Part shown: one piece after another, positions 1 to 12,610 of the stretch
How the letters are laid out: each line of letters begins with the position of its first letter
How positions within the stretch are numbered: the first letter of the stretch is position 1
Origin: Blepharisma stoltei ATCC 30299
Lineage: Eukaryota; Protista; Ciliophora
Reading direction: 5' to 3'
DNA length: 64,000 nucleotides
NCBI GenBank assembly: GCA_965603825.1
Contig: CBFDEM010000056.1
Coordinates: 744,001 to 808,000, forward strand
Translations under genes and position numbers: made by a program
The notes under the pieces: model-generated
Databases searched by the model: none
The model's input: the letters and a program-made list of their open reading frames with translations, nothing else
Told to the model about the DNA's origin: nothing

Positions 1-83
1 AAACATCTAAGCCTGTAGAAGAAGAGAAAGAAGTTGAGGTTGATGAGGATCTTGGAGGAATGTTTGGAGATGAAGACTATTAA
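1..83 (+). CDS. 3' end of an acidic ribosomal stalk protein (P0/P1/P2 type), truncated by the window edge
   Basis: Frame from nt 3 reads TSKPVEEEKEVEVDEDLGGMFGDEDY-TAA(81-83): acidic hinge plus GG-x-F tail typical of P proteins. Confidence 0.7.
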   Translation, partial: TSKPVEEEKEVEVDEDLGGMFGDEDY

Positions 84-599
84 ATAACATATTTTCACTA
101 AAATCGAGCTTAAAAGATTATTATAAATAATTTTATTATGGAAGCAAAAATGCTGAAAAATTATTTTTTATTTATGTTTTTATTCAAAGTTATTTAACTG
201 GCTCTGCTTTGTATATTTTATAATAATGGCAGCCATGGCTCATAATCATTTAATGCATAAATCGAATCTTAAATATAGAAATAAATTAACTGACTTAATA
301 TTCCTTTTCAGGCCAAAATTTGTTTCAGCCAAGCTTACCTAATAGAATTTATTACAAATTAGCCAGGCAATAATTTTTCTTTATTCATTTTTGTTTACTT
401 TTGCAAGTGTTTTAACTGCAATTGCATAGCATTAGAAAGCGATTTTTCTCTTTATAGCCTCAATTAATAGCAGTCATCTCAATTTTGGCTTATTTAGGCT
501 AAGCATGAAATTTGTTTTTACGAATTTCTCCTAAAATCAGTGTTCACCATTTATGATAGAAGAGTATTGATCCAATAATAGCCTATATAAAATTATTAT

Positions 600-959
600 A
601 TGTCAGAGGTAACTCAAGCATCTTGTACAGGCGAATTTGATAAAAATTCGTGTATTTTTTCCCCTAAACCTAAAAGAACATCTATTCCTCCAATTCGAAG
701 TACAATAGAAAACCCATTTTGCTCTATGTTCCAGGAAGACATCTCCAAGGAAGAAGCTCATATCCTAAATGAGCTTAATTCGATCCTTATGCAACCAGAA
801 GTAAAAAGGCCATTTAAACTGGCTCAAACTCCATCCCCTGCATTTTGCAGGTCCCAACGACCACTTTCCCGGCATACAAGCAATCCGATGATAAACGACG
901 TTTTATTCGAAGAAATTAACTCCAATTCATGTAACCTACCAACATATGTTTTTACTTAG
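600..959 (+). CDS. Hypothetical protein, 119 aa
   Basis: ATG..TAG ORF, higher GC than flanks; no family recognised. Confidence 0.6.
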   Translation: MSEVTQASCTGEFDKNSCIFSPKPKRTSIPPIRSTIENPFCSMFQEDISKEEAHILNELNSILMQPEVKRPFKLAQTPSPAFCRSQRPLSRHTSNPMINDVLFEEINSNSCNLPTYVFT

Positions 960-1758
960 ATAATAAACTAAAATTTTTCAATTAGCTTTTAATCCTTGTG
1001 CAGTTCTGGAAATGTAATTCTGAGCAAAACAATTGGAATATGGTAGGGATTGGACAGAAAGAAAAGAAAGATGATGAAATGTGGATGCCTAAAAGAGCAA
1101 AATAAAGCTTAGATTAAGAAATATAAAAACACAAAGAGCAAGGGGACTTAGAAAATAATCTATAATTGCTATTTTGCAACAAAAGCAATAATTAGAAAAA
1201 TAAATTGACATTCACAATGTTGAAAGAAAAATATTTTAGATATTTAAAAATATGATGTGTTTCTTATCGTTATATGTAAATTTGATAGGATAAAAACTAT
1301 TAGCAGAAGTAATTAAGCAATTATGGAATGATGAAAGTTACGTGAAAATTCAAATAGGGATGAAAATTAATTCTTATAAACCAAAAGGCTTAGTAAATAA
1401 AAGTAGTTTTAAGTTTGAAATATCAATTTAAAATTAAGCCACTCTCATTTGCAAAAGAAGTACTTAAAAATTTGATTCGAATGATTAAAATTGATTGAGA
1501 GATATAGACTCCTAGCCTTTAATTATGCTTTGCGTACAAATAAAATATATTAGCTAAATGATTCCTTCACTGATTAGAATAAGTAGTTTTTGCACTCCTT
1601 AAGTTAATGCATCTCCATTATCATGCCTCCAAAAAAACTCCCCTTTAAATAAATAGCCATAATCGATTTATTCCGAATAAAAAAACTTAAGATTTTCCAA
1701 TTTTAATCCTATTTCTTTACTATTTTCCAATTCACTCACTGCCATCTTGCAAATAAAA

Positions 1759-4086
1759 ATGAAATTAGGCTTTGAAATACAGGACATCGGGTATCCCGAT
1801 ATTGCACATGCATCGCCGCCAGAGTTGTATTTTCATCAAGCTCAGCATTTTCTTTTTCAAAAGAACTTAGACATGGCTTTAAGGTGCTTTGACTTAGTTT
1901 GTCACTTAGCTCCGACAAATCCATCATATTGGATTGCATATGCAGAGTGCTTAAAGCTGGCAAACTGTTCCAATGACTCTTTAAGAGCCTATTTAGCTGC
2001 TGCTTCATTACAGAACTCCTCCGCTTTACAAGTAATTATAGGATACCTTTATGAAGAATTGGGCTTTGACAATGAAGCTCTACAATCATACGATCAAAGT
2101 ATCTTGCTGGATCCATATAAATTTGAAGGGTATAATTATAAAGGAAATTTATTACGGAAACTAAGGAAGCTACAAGAGGCTGTGGAAGTTTTTTGTACTG
2201 GAATTAGAATGGGCGGTAAAAATGAGCATCTGTATAATAATCTTGGAAATTGCTATTTAGACTCAAATTTGATAATAGAAGCTGAACAATGCTATATCTC
2301 AGCAATCTCAATTGTCCCAGAAATGGTTGCAGCGCACTGCAACTTATCAAATGTATTAAAAGCACAAGGAAGGGTATCAGAAGCATTAGATCAATGCAAA
2401 CAAGCAATTTGTATTGATCCTTCTTATTCTGATGCTTATGCTTGCATGGGGAATATTTTGAAAGATACACATAATATTCAAGAATGCTTGATTTATTACC
2501 AGCAAGCTTTGCAGCTAAATCCTACCTCTGTGGTGATTCTTAATAACTTAGCAAATGCATTGAAGGATATAGGAGATGTGCATAATGCAATTATTTGCTA
2601 TAAAAAAGCATTAGAAATTACTCCATGGTTCCCAGAGGCATATTGCAATTTGATATATTCAAAGATTTTTATATGTGACTGGGAAGATCAGCAAAATTCT
2701 TTTATACAGATGGCGAAGTATATAAAATATCAAGTGGAAAATAAGCAATTGCCAAGCGTACAGCCTTTTCACGCAATTATTTATCCATTGGCACCTGAAG
2801 ATAAATTGACATTGTCAAGAAAATACGCAGAGCATGCTCAGTCATTGGTATCAGGATACTCGATTTTCCCAAAATCTCAGCCTAATGAAGGAAAAATCAG
2901 AATTGGGTACGTTTCAAGCGACTTTGGAGATCACCCTTTGAGCCATTTACTACAAAGCATTTTTAAGTTCCACAATAGACAATATTTTGAAGTTTATGGG
3001 TTTGCTTTAAGTCCAAACGACAAGTCTGAATATCGACGGATAGTAGAAGCTGGATGTGATGAATTTATTGATATATCTGGAATCGATGATCCTTATAAAG
3101 CAGCACAAGTTATAAACCAATATAATATTGATATTTTAGTTAACTTGAACGGATATACAAAAGGCTCTCGAAATGAAATTTTTGCCTTAAAGCCTGGCAG
3201 AGTGCAAGCACAATTTATGGGATTTCCAGGAACTTTAGGTGCTGATTACATACCCTATATGATCACTGACAAATCTGTTTGCCCTCCTGCATATACACAT
3301 TATTATTCTGAAAAGATGATCTGGATGCCACATAGCTATTTCGCAAATGACCACGCCCAGTCCAATCGTGACGTCTTAGATCTTTCAAACCGTCCTACTC
3401 GGCAAGAATACGGTCTTCCTGACGATAAATTTATTTTCGCTAACTTTAATCAGCTCTATAAAATAGACCCAGATACCTTTGCTATATGGATGAATATACT
3501 TAAACGAACACCCAACAGTGTGCTATGGCTTTTAAGGTTTCCTTCAGTTGGTGAAGCTAATATAAGAAAATATGCCTCCGATTACGGCATAGAGCAGTCA
3601 AGAATTATTTTTACAGATGTAGCTCAGAAGAGAGTACACATAAACAGATGCTTTTTAGCTGACTTATGCTTGGATACCCCTCTATACAATGGGCACACAA
3701 CCGGCTGTGATTTATTATGAAGTGGCTTACCGATGGTAACATTTCCTCTTAAAACAATGGCTTCAAGGGTCGCATCAGGCCTTGTCACAGCATTAGAATG
3801 CCCAGAAATGATTGCAAGCTCTCCGTCAAACTATGAAGAAAAAGCAGTTCAATACGCAAATGGACCAGTTGTAAGCCAAATTGAAAGCACCTTACCAAAG
3901 CACATTAGAAGTAGATTAGGCTCAAGTGAGCTTAAACTTTTACGTTGTAAAATAGAACACAAAAGATTGACAGCGCCTCTCTTCAACACTGAGATGTGGG
4001 TCAGAAATCTTGAAAAAGGTTTAAAAGAAGTCATGAAAATTGAATTAGAAAATGGAAGTCATTCAAATATTGAAATTGTTCCATAG
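1759..4086 (+). CDS. OGT: O-GlcNAc transferase, GT41, SEC/animal type (TPR repeats + catalytic lobes), 775 aa
   Basis: TPR array; GYVSSDFGDHPLSHL, NFNQLYKIDP, DTPLYNGHTTG. TGA 3718-3720 read as W gives DLLWSGLPMVT and joins ORFs 1747-3720 and 3733-4086 in frame. Confidence 0.93.
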
Positions 4087-4209
4087 CTAAATAAAATTCT
4101 GGCTCTTGAATAAGTTTAAATAATCAAAAGTATGCATTAAAGTTAATAATCAAGAAAATTCTAAAGTTTAGATTTCATATTGAATTAATGGATTATATAA
4201 TAAAAAGGC

Positions 4210-4410
4210 ATGAGACTCGATACTCCCGTCTATCAAAGAATGCTCAGATATAGATACAACATTTATAGAGCTGTTGGATTCCTTCCTGCAGTTGGACTCC
4301 TAGTATATTGGACACTAGAGCATGGTTTCAAGAACTTCAATTCATATATTCTCAATCCACCTCAGCCAGGTGTGAAAAAGAGAGAAAAGGGTGAAGACAT
4401 AGAAGATTAA
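4210..4410 (+). CDS. Small single-pass membrane protein, 66 aa
   Basis: ATG..TAA, one hydrophobic segment (AVGFLPAVGLLVYW). Confidence 0.6.
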   Translation: MRLDTPVYQRMLRYRYNIYRAVGFLPAVGLLVYWTLEHGFKNFNSYILNPPQPGVKKREKGEDIED

Positions 4411-4878
4411 ACTCATAACCATAATCATTACAGGTTAAGCTCAAATCTCGCTTTTGATCTTTATATAATAGATCTTAAATCTTTAAGTGGTTAAGAAATT
4501 TTAGATGAAAATCGAACACATATCGAGGTCATCCAGTATTTAAGTTCCAGAGTTTTTAAATTATTTAATTCACTATTTTAATGACAGAGGAAGAGGTCAA
4601 ATGCCTATAAATGATTTCTAATATCAAAATTTCGATTATTTTCAAGCATTTGAAGCAAACAACTTTTGACAGAAGTAATTTCTTAAAATAGATTGATAGA
4701 AAAAAATTAATCTAATGCGATACACAAAGCTTAATGACAGCAAGCTATTGTTCAAAGAAAAATTCTGAATAATAAATGCTTAATTCATATTTAATAAAGT
4801 TGAAATAATACCTAAATCATAATCTAAATTTTTGTTAAATTGAAGCACACTTTCATTATCTCAATTTATTATATGGCA

Positions 4879-5232
4879 TTAGTTCGTATCTGCGCTTTTT
4901 CTATTTTGTAATTGCCAATGCGATTCCATATATTCTTGTGAGCTTAAGCAAAGGTAGCAGCCCATATCGTAAAGTAGGCAATCAATACAAAAATTACCTT
5001 CGAGCTCATAATAATCCCTAAATCTTTTTCTGTTTATAGCGCATCCGATACAGCACAAAGTGCATCCTAATATAAAAGTCAAGTTATGATTGAGAACTCC
5101 TGTTGTTTTATGGGCCATGGATTGCACAATTGCAGTTCCTATAACGGGACAGCAGCATAGTAGCAAGCACTCAGGGAAAGCATCAAAACAGTCGCACATG
5201 GTTTTATGCCAATTCGTTTTTTTAGCAGACAT
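4879..5232 (-). CDS. PLAC8-family cysteine-rich protein
   Basis: W-x-x-x-MCDCF, CLLLCCCP, NRKRFRDYYELEGN-x-C-x-DC, CLSSQE pattern. Confidence 0.85.
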   Translation of the reverse strand: MSAKKTNWHKTMCDCFDAFPECLLLCCCPVIGTAIVQSMAHKTTGVLNHNLTFILGCTLCCIGCAINRKRFRDYYELEGNFCIDCLLYDMGCYLCLSSQEYMESHWQLQNRKSADTN

Positions 5233-5249
5233 TTATTAAGAAACTTTGA

Positions 5250-6311
5250 TTAATGCTGATTATGCCCACATAAATATAATCTAATTTTCGGCGTAGGAAT
5301 TATTTCTACTGAGCTGCTTAGCAAATAACTATTCCCAGCTTTAATTTCTTCACCACCATATACTCCGCTTCCTTCTAAAACCATCCCCAACATATGATCA
5401 GTTACATCGATTACAAATGGTTCTGTTTTTACATATTCAATGACTTTGAATTCAGGGTATTCTGTGATGTATTCTTTTACACCTGTCTCTCTTTCATGCC
5501 CTCTTATTATAGGCGGTCTTGTCCTATTTTCATAATTCGCTATCTAAATACCAAATACTCTTAGCAATGCTTGCACATCTTTGTGCTTAGGAGTAAGGCC
5601 AGCTCTTATCACATTATTTGAAGTTGCTTGTGCTTCAATTAAATCTCCCCATATGTATGCATGAGGGTCGCAAGGATGAATTAAAACAGCCTCTCCAGGG
5701 TTAAGCTCAATATAATTCATAAACATCCCGACAAAAATTCCAGTGTCGCCTGGGAAATATTCATTGATTTCTTCATAAATGTTATGAATGTTATTTGTAT
5801 GAATTCTTTCAATATAAGCATTTACGTGCTCTTTAGTGACTTCTTCATTCTCGTAAAGTTTTTGAAGTTGAGAAGGCAAATCATTGATATTTCGAATTAG
5901 ATCATTGAGTTCTGGGGTTTGATTTAGCATATCAGACACCTCTTCAGGGCTGCGGAAGCCATAGAAAAGTTTCATTGAAGATATCGCAATGCACATTTCT
6001 GGCTTATGATTATCGTCAGGATAAAGCTTTGGATTTTGCAAATGTAACTCCTCACCTTGAGATTTATTTGGATGAAGCTGGATACTGAGAGGCCAATTAA
6101 CAGTAAGCAATTTGAATAAGTATTTTAGCTCGCCAGTAATATCTTTGATGCTGTTGCCATTGTAAAGTGTAGGAAGATCAGAATGGGTTCCGAGCCAATA
6201 CTCAGCATAAGGTCGATCTTCAATAATTTCGTTTGAAAAGATAGTTATCATGCTTGATGAGCCTTTCTTTCCCCATAAGTAGTTTTGAATTCCTCCATTA
6301 ACACGTATCAT
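5250..6311 (-). CDS. MPI: Mannose-6-phosphate isomerase type I, 348 aa, one intron
   Basis: QNYLWGK, PYAEYWLGTH, LSIQLHP, YPDDNHKPE, PHAY, SNNVIRAGLTPK. Splicing 5544-5558 extends the frame to TAA 5250-5252. Confidence 0.92.
5544..5558 (-). other. 15-nt spliceosomal intron (MPI)
   Basis: gtatttggtatttag; removal eliminates an in-frame TAG and restores the C-terminal domain. Confidence 0.9.
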
Positions 6312-6852
6312 TTGATATGTGGATTTTATATTTAATGCCGGATTCTTATTAAATAAAAATAATTAATATTATATCATAAATTTAAGCAGATTTTTGAGCT
6401 AATTTTCGGGGAAAATCTTAAAATTTATTGTTTGCATTCCTTAAACTTTATATATTTATGTAAATGAATATTAAATCTTAATATAATTATCTAAATAATC
6501 TTTATTGGAAATTTAAATAAACTTTATTTCTATATTTATTTGCATTATATGATTTATCACGATATCTTTCTTACCTAATACTTAGTCGAGCAAAACTGCA
6601 GTAACATAAAAAAATTGCCCGAGATAAATATAATGGATAGATAGCTATTAACACAATTTTAAATTTATTTAGCAATCAACAAAATCAGCTTCTGTTGTAT
6701 ATCCCAGAGAAGCATTTCCATATAAGTTTTAATAATAAAATTGTCAGTTATTAAAATAATAATTTTTCCATTTTTAAAATATTTCACATTTGGATTAAAT
6801 GTATTGCAGAGTTTAATTTTAAAAAATTTCACACTCTGCATGCTATTATAAA

Positions 6853-7524
6853 ATGAACATTTCTTCGTCAGATTACAATAAGCTTGAAGACATCCTTCAC
6901 TCCAATTTATATTTATGTGGAGGCACTCCGACTAAAACTGATGCAAAAATATTTAGAGAGATTGCAGATTATTGCATCGAATTATATCCTTATCCAAACC
7001 TTTATGGATGGTATTGCTTTCTCAGAAATTTTTCAGATGAAATTCTAAATAGTTGGCCTGAGCCTACAGTTTATAATACCTCAGAATACGAAGAATTTGA
7101 TCTTTTTGCCAACCACCCTAATATTGAAAAAGAATTCCTAGATCAAGCTCATAATAAGGTAGAAGACCCAACTGACAATGAACCAGAGAGGAGCCAAGTT
7201 GTATTTGACATTAAGCCAGTCGATATTACAGTTGATCTTGATAGAATTGCAAGATTAATTTTATTAGATATACAGCTAGATGGTCTCAAATGGATAGAGA
7301 ACTATAACCTCAAGCCTGTTGCCTATAAGATTAATATGCTACAAATGGGCTGCATCATTGAAGACACTATTGATACTGATTTTATTGCAGAAAAAATAAT
7401 GGGCATTACTGGTCAATTGCAATGCGAATGAGAAGATGAAAATGGAGAGGGAATAGGGATATTTTATTATACCGAAAGTCCCTTGATTCAAAGTGTAGAT
7501 ATATCAAGCTTCCAAAAATTTTAA
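6853..7524 (+). CDS. Elongation factor 1-beta/delta (eEF1B)-like protein, divergent, 223 aa
   Basis: N-terminal GST-C-like region (YPNLYGWY), FDLF, SQVVFDIKP, LKPVAYKINMLQM. Reading TGA 7429 as W yields the canonical-like C-terminus IQSVDISSFQKF-TAA. Confidence 0.82.
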
Positions 7525-7545
7525 TTACAAGTTAAAATTAATTAG

Positions 7546-9768
7546 CTATTCAGTAAAAATTGTATTCATATAACCAAGAAATCTCTCTGCATAAAGTTTG
7601 GAAGGCACACATGAAATAGCTGAACTCCCATATATGCTTCCTTTAAATAAATGCTCAAGTTTCTTTTTCGCACCATAAAGTGTCAAAATATCAATTATTC
7701 CCATAAAATAGAGTTTATCCCCATTTAGCGACATAAGCCCCCCTCCTTCAGTTTCTGCTAAAGGCACATTTGTTCTATGAACAATCCTTTCCCCTTTTGT
7801 ATGATGGATCCCAAGTAGCAGGCTGTAATCAATAATATCATTTTTCACAAAAAATTCGCAGTCTCTTTCCATCTGTTGCAGAACTTTTTCTTTTTTTGTA
7901 GGATCTATATCAATTTTTAGTCCTGATCTATTGAAATCTAAGTCCTTTCTGGCAACAGAAAAATCTTCATTTGGGTCTGTAGATCTGCCATAAGTGGATC
8001 CTTTTAGATCATATCTTATATGTATTTCATCTCCTGAAGAAAAAACATTCCCCATTACAATGATATATCTTTTAATTGTTTTTCCACCTCTTGGTGAAAG
8101 CAATTTATGGAAGCCATAAAATCTTGGGATAAGTGTATCAGGATAAGTCATTATGTGCTCATAATACTCAGGTAAAATTTTTCTTAAAAACACATACTCA
8201 TCTCTGGTCATTGTTTTTACAACATATTTTCCATCATCACTATAATAGAAAAAGCTGCCACTTTTACCACTGGACATTAGCCCAACTAGGGAAGAAAACT
8301 CACTTTGGAGTAGGCTGCTCATTATCATATCAACACCTAATGATTTTATGTACTGATTTGCTGAAATACCATACCTTCTTCGAATTCTCTCAAAAATAAA
8401 TGGAGAATAATCTCTAAATTTGCACATTTTGGACTGAACAGAAGACTCACCTGGCAATAAGTTTAGTTTTGATCTTTCTGCAAACTGTTCAGGAGTTGGG
8501 ATTGAGTTAGGATCTAAATTTACAGCAGCTGCTCTTACAGCTTTTTGTATACCGAGCATCATGCTTACAATTAAGCTTCAGTCTTCATCACCCCAATGTA
8601 TGACGCTTTTCTTCTTTTCAGCATTTTTCTTGGGAACATTATATCTTGTGCTTGCTCTCCTTCTTGGGTTATCTTGAGCGTCTTCATCTCCAAGAGTTTC
8701 TGCCTTAAGTGAGTGCATAGACCTTGCTAGCTCTTTTAATCTGTCTAAAACCATTGATCTTCTATTATCATAAATTTCAGAAGTATCTAAATCACTTATA
8801 AAGCTGATGGATTTCTCTGGGGATTTCATTTGAGGAATGTGGCTATAAGTACTATCTGAGACTGGCTGTGTGTCTATGTCAGAAAATGATATATCATCGT
8901 CTATATAAGAAAAAGGAACGTCCATATCTCCATCAAGCCCAATTTCTTGATGTGAGCTAAATTTTGGTCCTCTTTCAAAATCTTGTTGCAAAATTAATTT
9001 TGGGCCTCTATCAGCTGAGTTGTCTTGAAAACTTCTAATAAATGAAGCTTTTGGAGACACTTCTTCATTAGCAGGAGCATTAAGCAGCTCTATACAAGAA
9101 TATAACTTTCTTTCCAAGGACTCTATCCTATCTCTGTAATTTTCGCTATTAGTTGACTCTTTCCGCTCTTCACATCTATCATTAACTCCAAATCTAGCAA
9201 GGCTTAACCATTCAAAAATGGGCTTGTTTTTAGACAGGCTTTGTTTGAACTCATCGAAATCGATAACTCCATCCCCTTTTAAATCCATCATGTCAAACTG
9301 CTTTTTGACAACTTCTTGGCTTGCATCGTCTTTACTGCTTCCAGTCAGGTTATTTCTCATCTCTGCTACACTCAACAAATATTTCGAAAATTCAGGAAAT
9401 GTAATGATTTCGCTATTTTTCTGAGCTATCAGCCGAAATGACTGGTAAGCTTTTTCTTCTCGATTACCGTGCATTAATATATCCATGTACTCTAAAAACT
9501 GTTCAAATGTAATTCTCCCTCTGCAGTCTTTATCCATTACTTTAAAAATCCGATCTGCTATTGCGCGAGTGCTTTTCATGCCTAACAATCCCATGTTTTT
9601 TCTGAATTTCTTTAATGTGAATGCTTTTCCTTTAGCCATCCTGTCAAACCTCTGTTGATATAATAGCAACTCCTGTGGAGAAAACCTGAACTTGTGTGAT
9701 AGCAGATATGCTTCAGTTTGCCTAATAGTGACATGACTTTTCTTATGCTGGCTACTGCAACAATTCAT
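7546..9768 (-). CDS. EF-hand (NCS-like) phosphatidylinositol-4-phosphate 5-kinase, 740 aa
   Basis: EF hands (DKDCRGRITFEQF, DLKGDGVIDFDEF), then PIPK core (SSGKSGSFF, YDLKGS, KDLDF, IDYSLLLG, GIIDIL). TGA 8578-8580 = W joins the ORFs. Confidence 0.9.
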
Positions 9769-9793
9769 AATTATTTAAAAAATGATTAATAGT

Positions 9794-11413
9794 CTATCTT
9801 TTAGAATTTCTTAGCTTGTCTGACAGCTTCCTAAGCTTTTTTCTATCATATGCGTCAACTAAACGGTAGTCTCCGTTAAACCCACATCTCAACTCTTCTT
9901 TGTTTTCTACAATCCGAATCATAGAAAGCATGGAATTTTTGAGTAAGATGCTTTCTGAGCATAAGTCGGCAAGAAGCATTTTTGTGGAATGCTCACAAAA
10001 ATGAGAATTCCATGAACACTTTACTTCTTGCTTGAAGATAGGATCTTCTAGGTAGTCACTTAGTGAGCTATGGTTGGTGTCTGATTCATCGGTAGAGATT
10101 GAGCTTTGTGGGCTGGCGGGAGCTGACTTGGGTGCATTGACAAGTTCAAATCGGTAAAATGAAGAAAAAGAACCAATTATTAAATCATTTTGAGGTTTCA
10201 TGAGGTTAGGACGAGATTGAAACTCAACCATGGCAAAGGACTCAGATTGTGTAATATTTAAAACAGTGTGAAACTCTATTGGGGTTCTATCAAACATATA
10301 TAACATCCGAAACCCAGAAGTTCCATCACTTCAACACATTTCTTCCATCTCAATAAGCCTCAAGTCCCATTTTTTCCGCTCATGAGGTACTGTAACGATT
10401 TCAATGAGTCTTGAAATACATGTTTCCACGCTGAATTCCGCATTGAGTTCTAGCTTGCGGTTCATAAGCCTATAACACGCCTGCATATCTTCATTTAGCA
10501 GAGGCCTCCACATCCCAGCTGTGCATTGCGTGGCACAGGCTGGCTTTTTGAAAACTATTTGTTCGTTTTCCCAATTACTAAAAATATCAAAGGCTTCTTG
10601 GTCATCATTAAGAATTTCCATGATCTTATTTTCTGATTGGCTACTTCTTAAATGTTCTGCTAGAATTTGAAGTATATGAAAAGCTTGTGTTTGGCTTTCC
10701 CCATGCACTTTTTTAGTCAGGTGTTCATTTAGCCTCATTTCTGATAGCAATTCAGGCTCGATTTTTACGAGCTCTTTGATAACTTCTTGATAATCTCTGT
10801 GTCGGTCTCTTGATGTCAATTTAGTAATCACATCCATTACCTTACTGCCGAGATTTCGAAGTGCACATAAAGGAATGAGGGTTTTTAAGAGAAAAGATAT
10901 CAAGTCTGGCCTTATGGTTCGCCGCTTTGAGAAGAATTCCCACTCGAAATCTTCAAGAGCTTTGGTTTTGTTCCTTGAATCTTTGTTTAGACGAATCGAG
11001 AAGTCAAAAATAAGCTCTTCGTCAGGAGTAGGAAGTTGGCTTGAGCAAGTACCGATTTGGCTTATAAGATCAGCTTGAATATTTAAAAATCTATATAAGT
11101 ATGGAGTCAATTGGTAACATTTTGAAATAGCTTTCAGTCACGCTTCAAAAAGAATCCGACGCTCTGAGATTACATTAGAGTTTTGGAACACACACTTTGC
11201 AGGAAATTTTGGGAGCGAAATTTGTGAACGCTTGAGAACTCCTGAAATTTCCTCTTTGAAAGTGCAGAATTGAGTATACCGCTTGAAAGCTGTGAGTGTG
11301 CAAGTGCAGTTGATAATAATACGGACCTCATAAACTGTGTGGGAACGAAATAGAAGGCTACCTTGATTTTCAGTATAAGTTCGAGGGATTGAAATACGAA
11401 TGGAGTGCTCCAT
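9794..11413 (-). CDS. PX domain + START/SRPBCC-like domain protein, 539 aa
   Basis: PX (HTVYEV, KRYTQF, LPKFPAK, ERR); RKKWD typical of START folds. TGAs at 11138 and 10331 join three in-frame ORFs. Confidence 0.7.
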
Positions 11414-12610
11414 TGAATTATATTACGTAATAAGTAATTTTTTTGGTATCTAATATGTTTGAAAAATTACCATGAAAGTGGGAAAAAGATATTAAGATTT
11501 AGTAAGAAACTAAGCTATATGACTATATTATTTTTTGATTTATTGTAGACAATATATTTAAAACAATTTGCTTTTCAGTTTTATCGGAAGAATTTAGGCT
11601 GTCTGATAAATTCATAAAATTTTTTGTTATTTATCGTTTAATGAATTTGCTGGAAAAATAGAGATAATGATTGAAAGTTATGAAAGTTTTGAAGAGTTTT
11701 TAAATTAATAATTAAAATCAGAAAGTTAAATTTAAACTATGGAGGTTATTTAAATTATCTATAAAATTAAATAGAACGCTTATCAAACTTATCATTTAAT
11801 TTTAAATAAAATATTTAATTGAGTATTTTTCATATTATATTTATATTTTAAAAATCCTAAATATAGAGAATTGGAGCATTAGAGGATTATGCTAAACTAC
11901 TTCCTCCTCCTAAGAGGCTGTCCCAATAATTCTGATAAAATCATCATTTGGACCTTGCCAGGTAGTAGCAACAGACATAATCTGGGCATGACCATGCCCT
12001 ATCTCCCATTGGCTCAGAATCTTCCAGAAGTCGTCCTCTGATATATAAATAAGAAGCTATTATGAATCAATAGGAATTTGCGATTTTAATAGGCATATTG
12101 AAATGCATTATGTAATATGTAGAATCGCCATATCTATATTTCCTTATTACGAATCAAGTTTTCACAAAATTAAAATACAGATTTCCATATTTTAATAATT
12201 TGGTTATTAAACTTTTTTAGTCCTCCATAACAATAAGTAAACAATAACCTCTTATCGCTAAACTAATAACTACTTTAAATTAAAAATAACAATAAGTAAA
12301 GCACATATATATAAAAAATCATAATATTTATAAGTTGAACCCCAAATAAACTGCCTTTTTTAGCTAAAAATTTGGGCAAATATTTATTTCTGCTAAATTT
12401 TAAGAAAAATAAAGCTAATTTGTCTCAGGTCGAAATATAATTTATTAATATGAAATAATATTTTAACGGAAACTTGTAAAATTGCTATACTAGAGCCTCA
12501 TAAAATTTATCGGCAAATACCCTTCTTTATAATTGTTTATAATAAATTTGTTTTGCAGCAAGCATACTATATTTTAAGAGAAAGTTCCATTATAATTAAT
12601 TACTCCAAAA

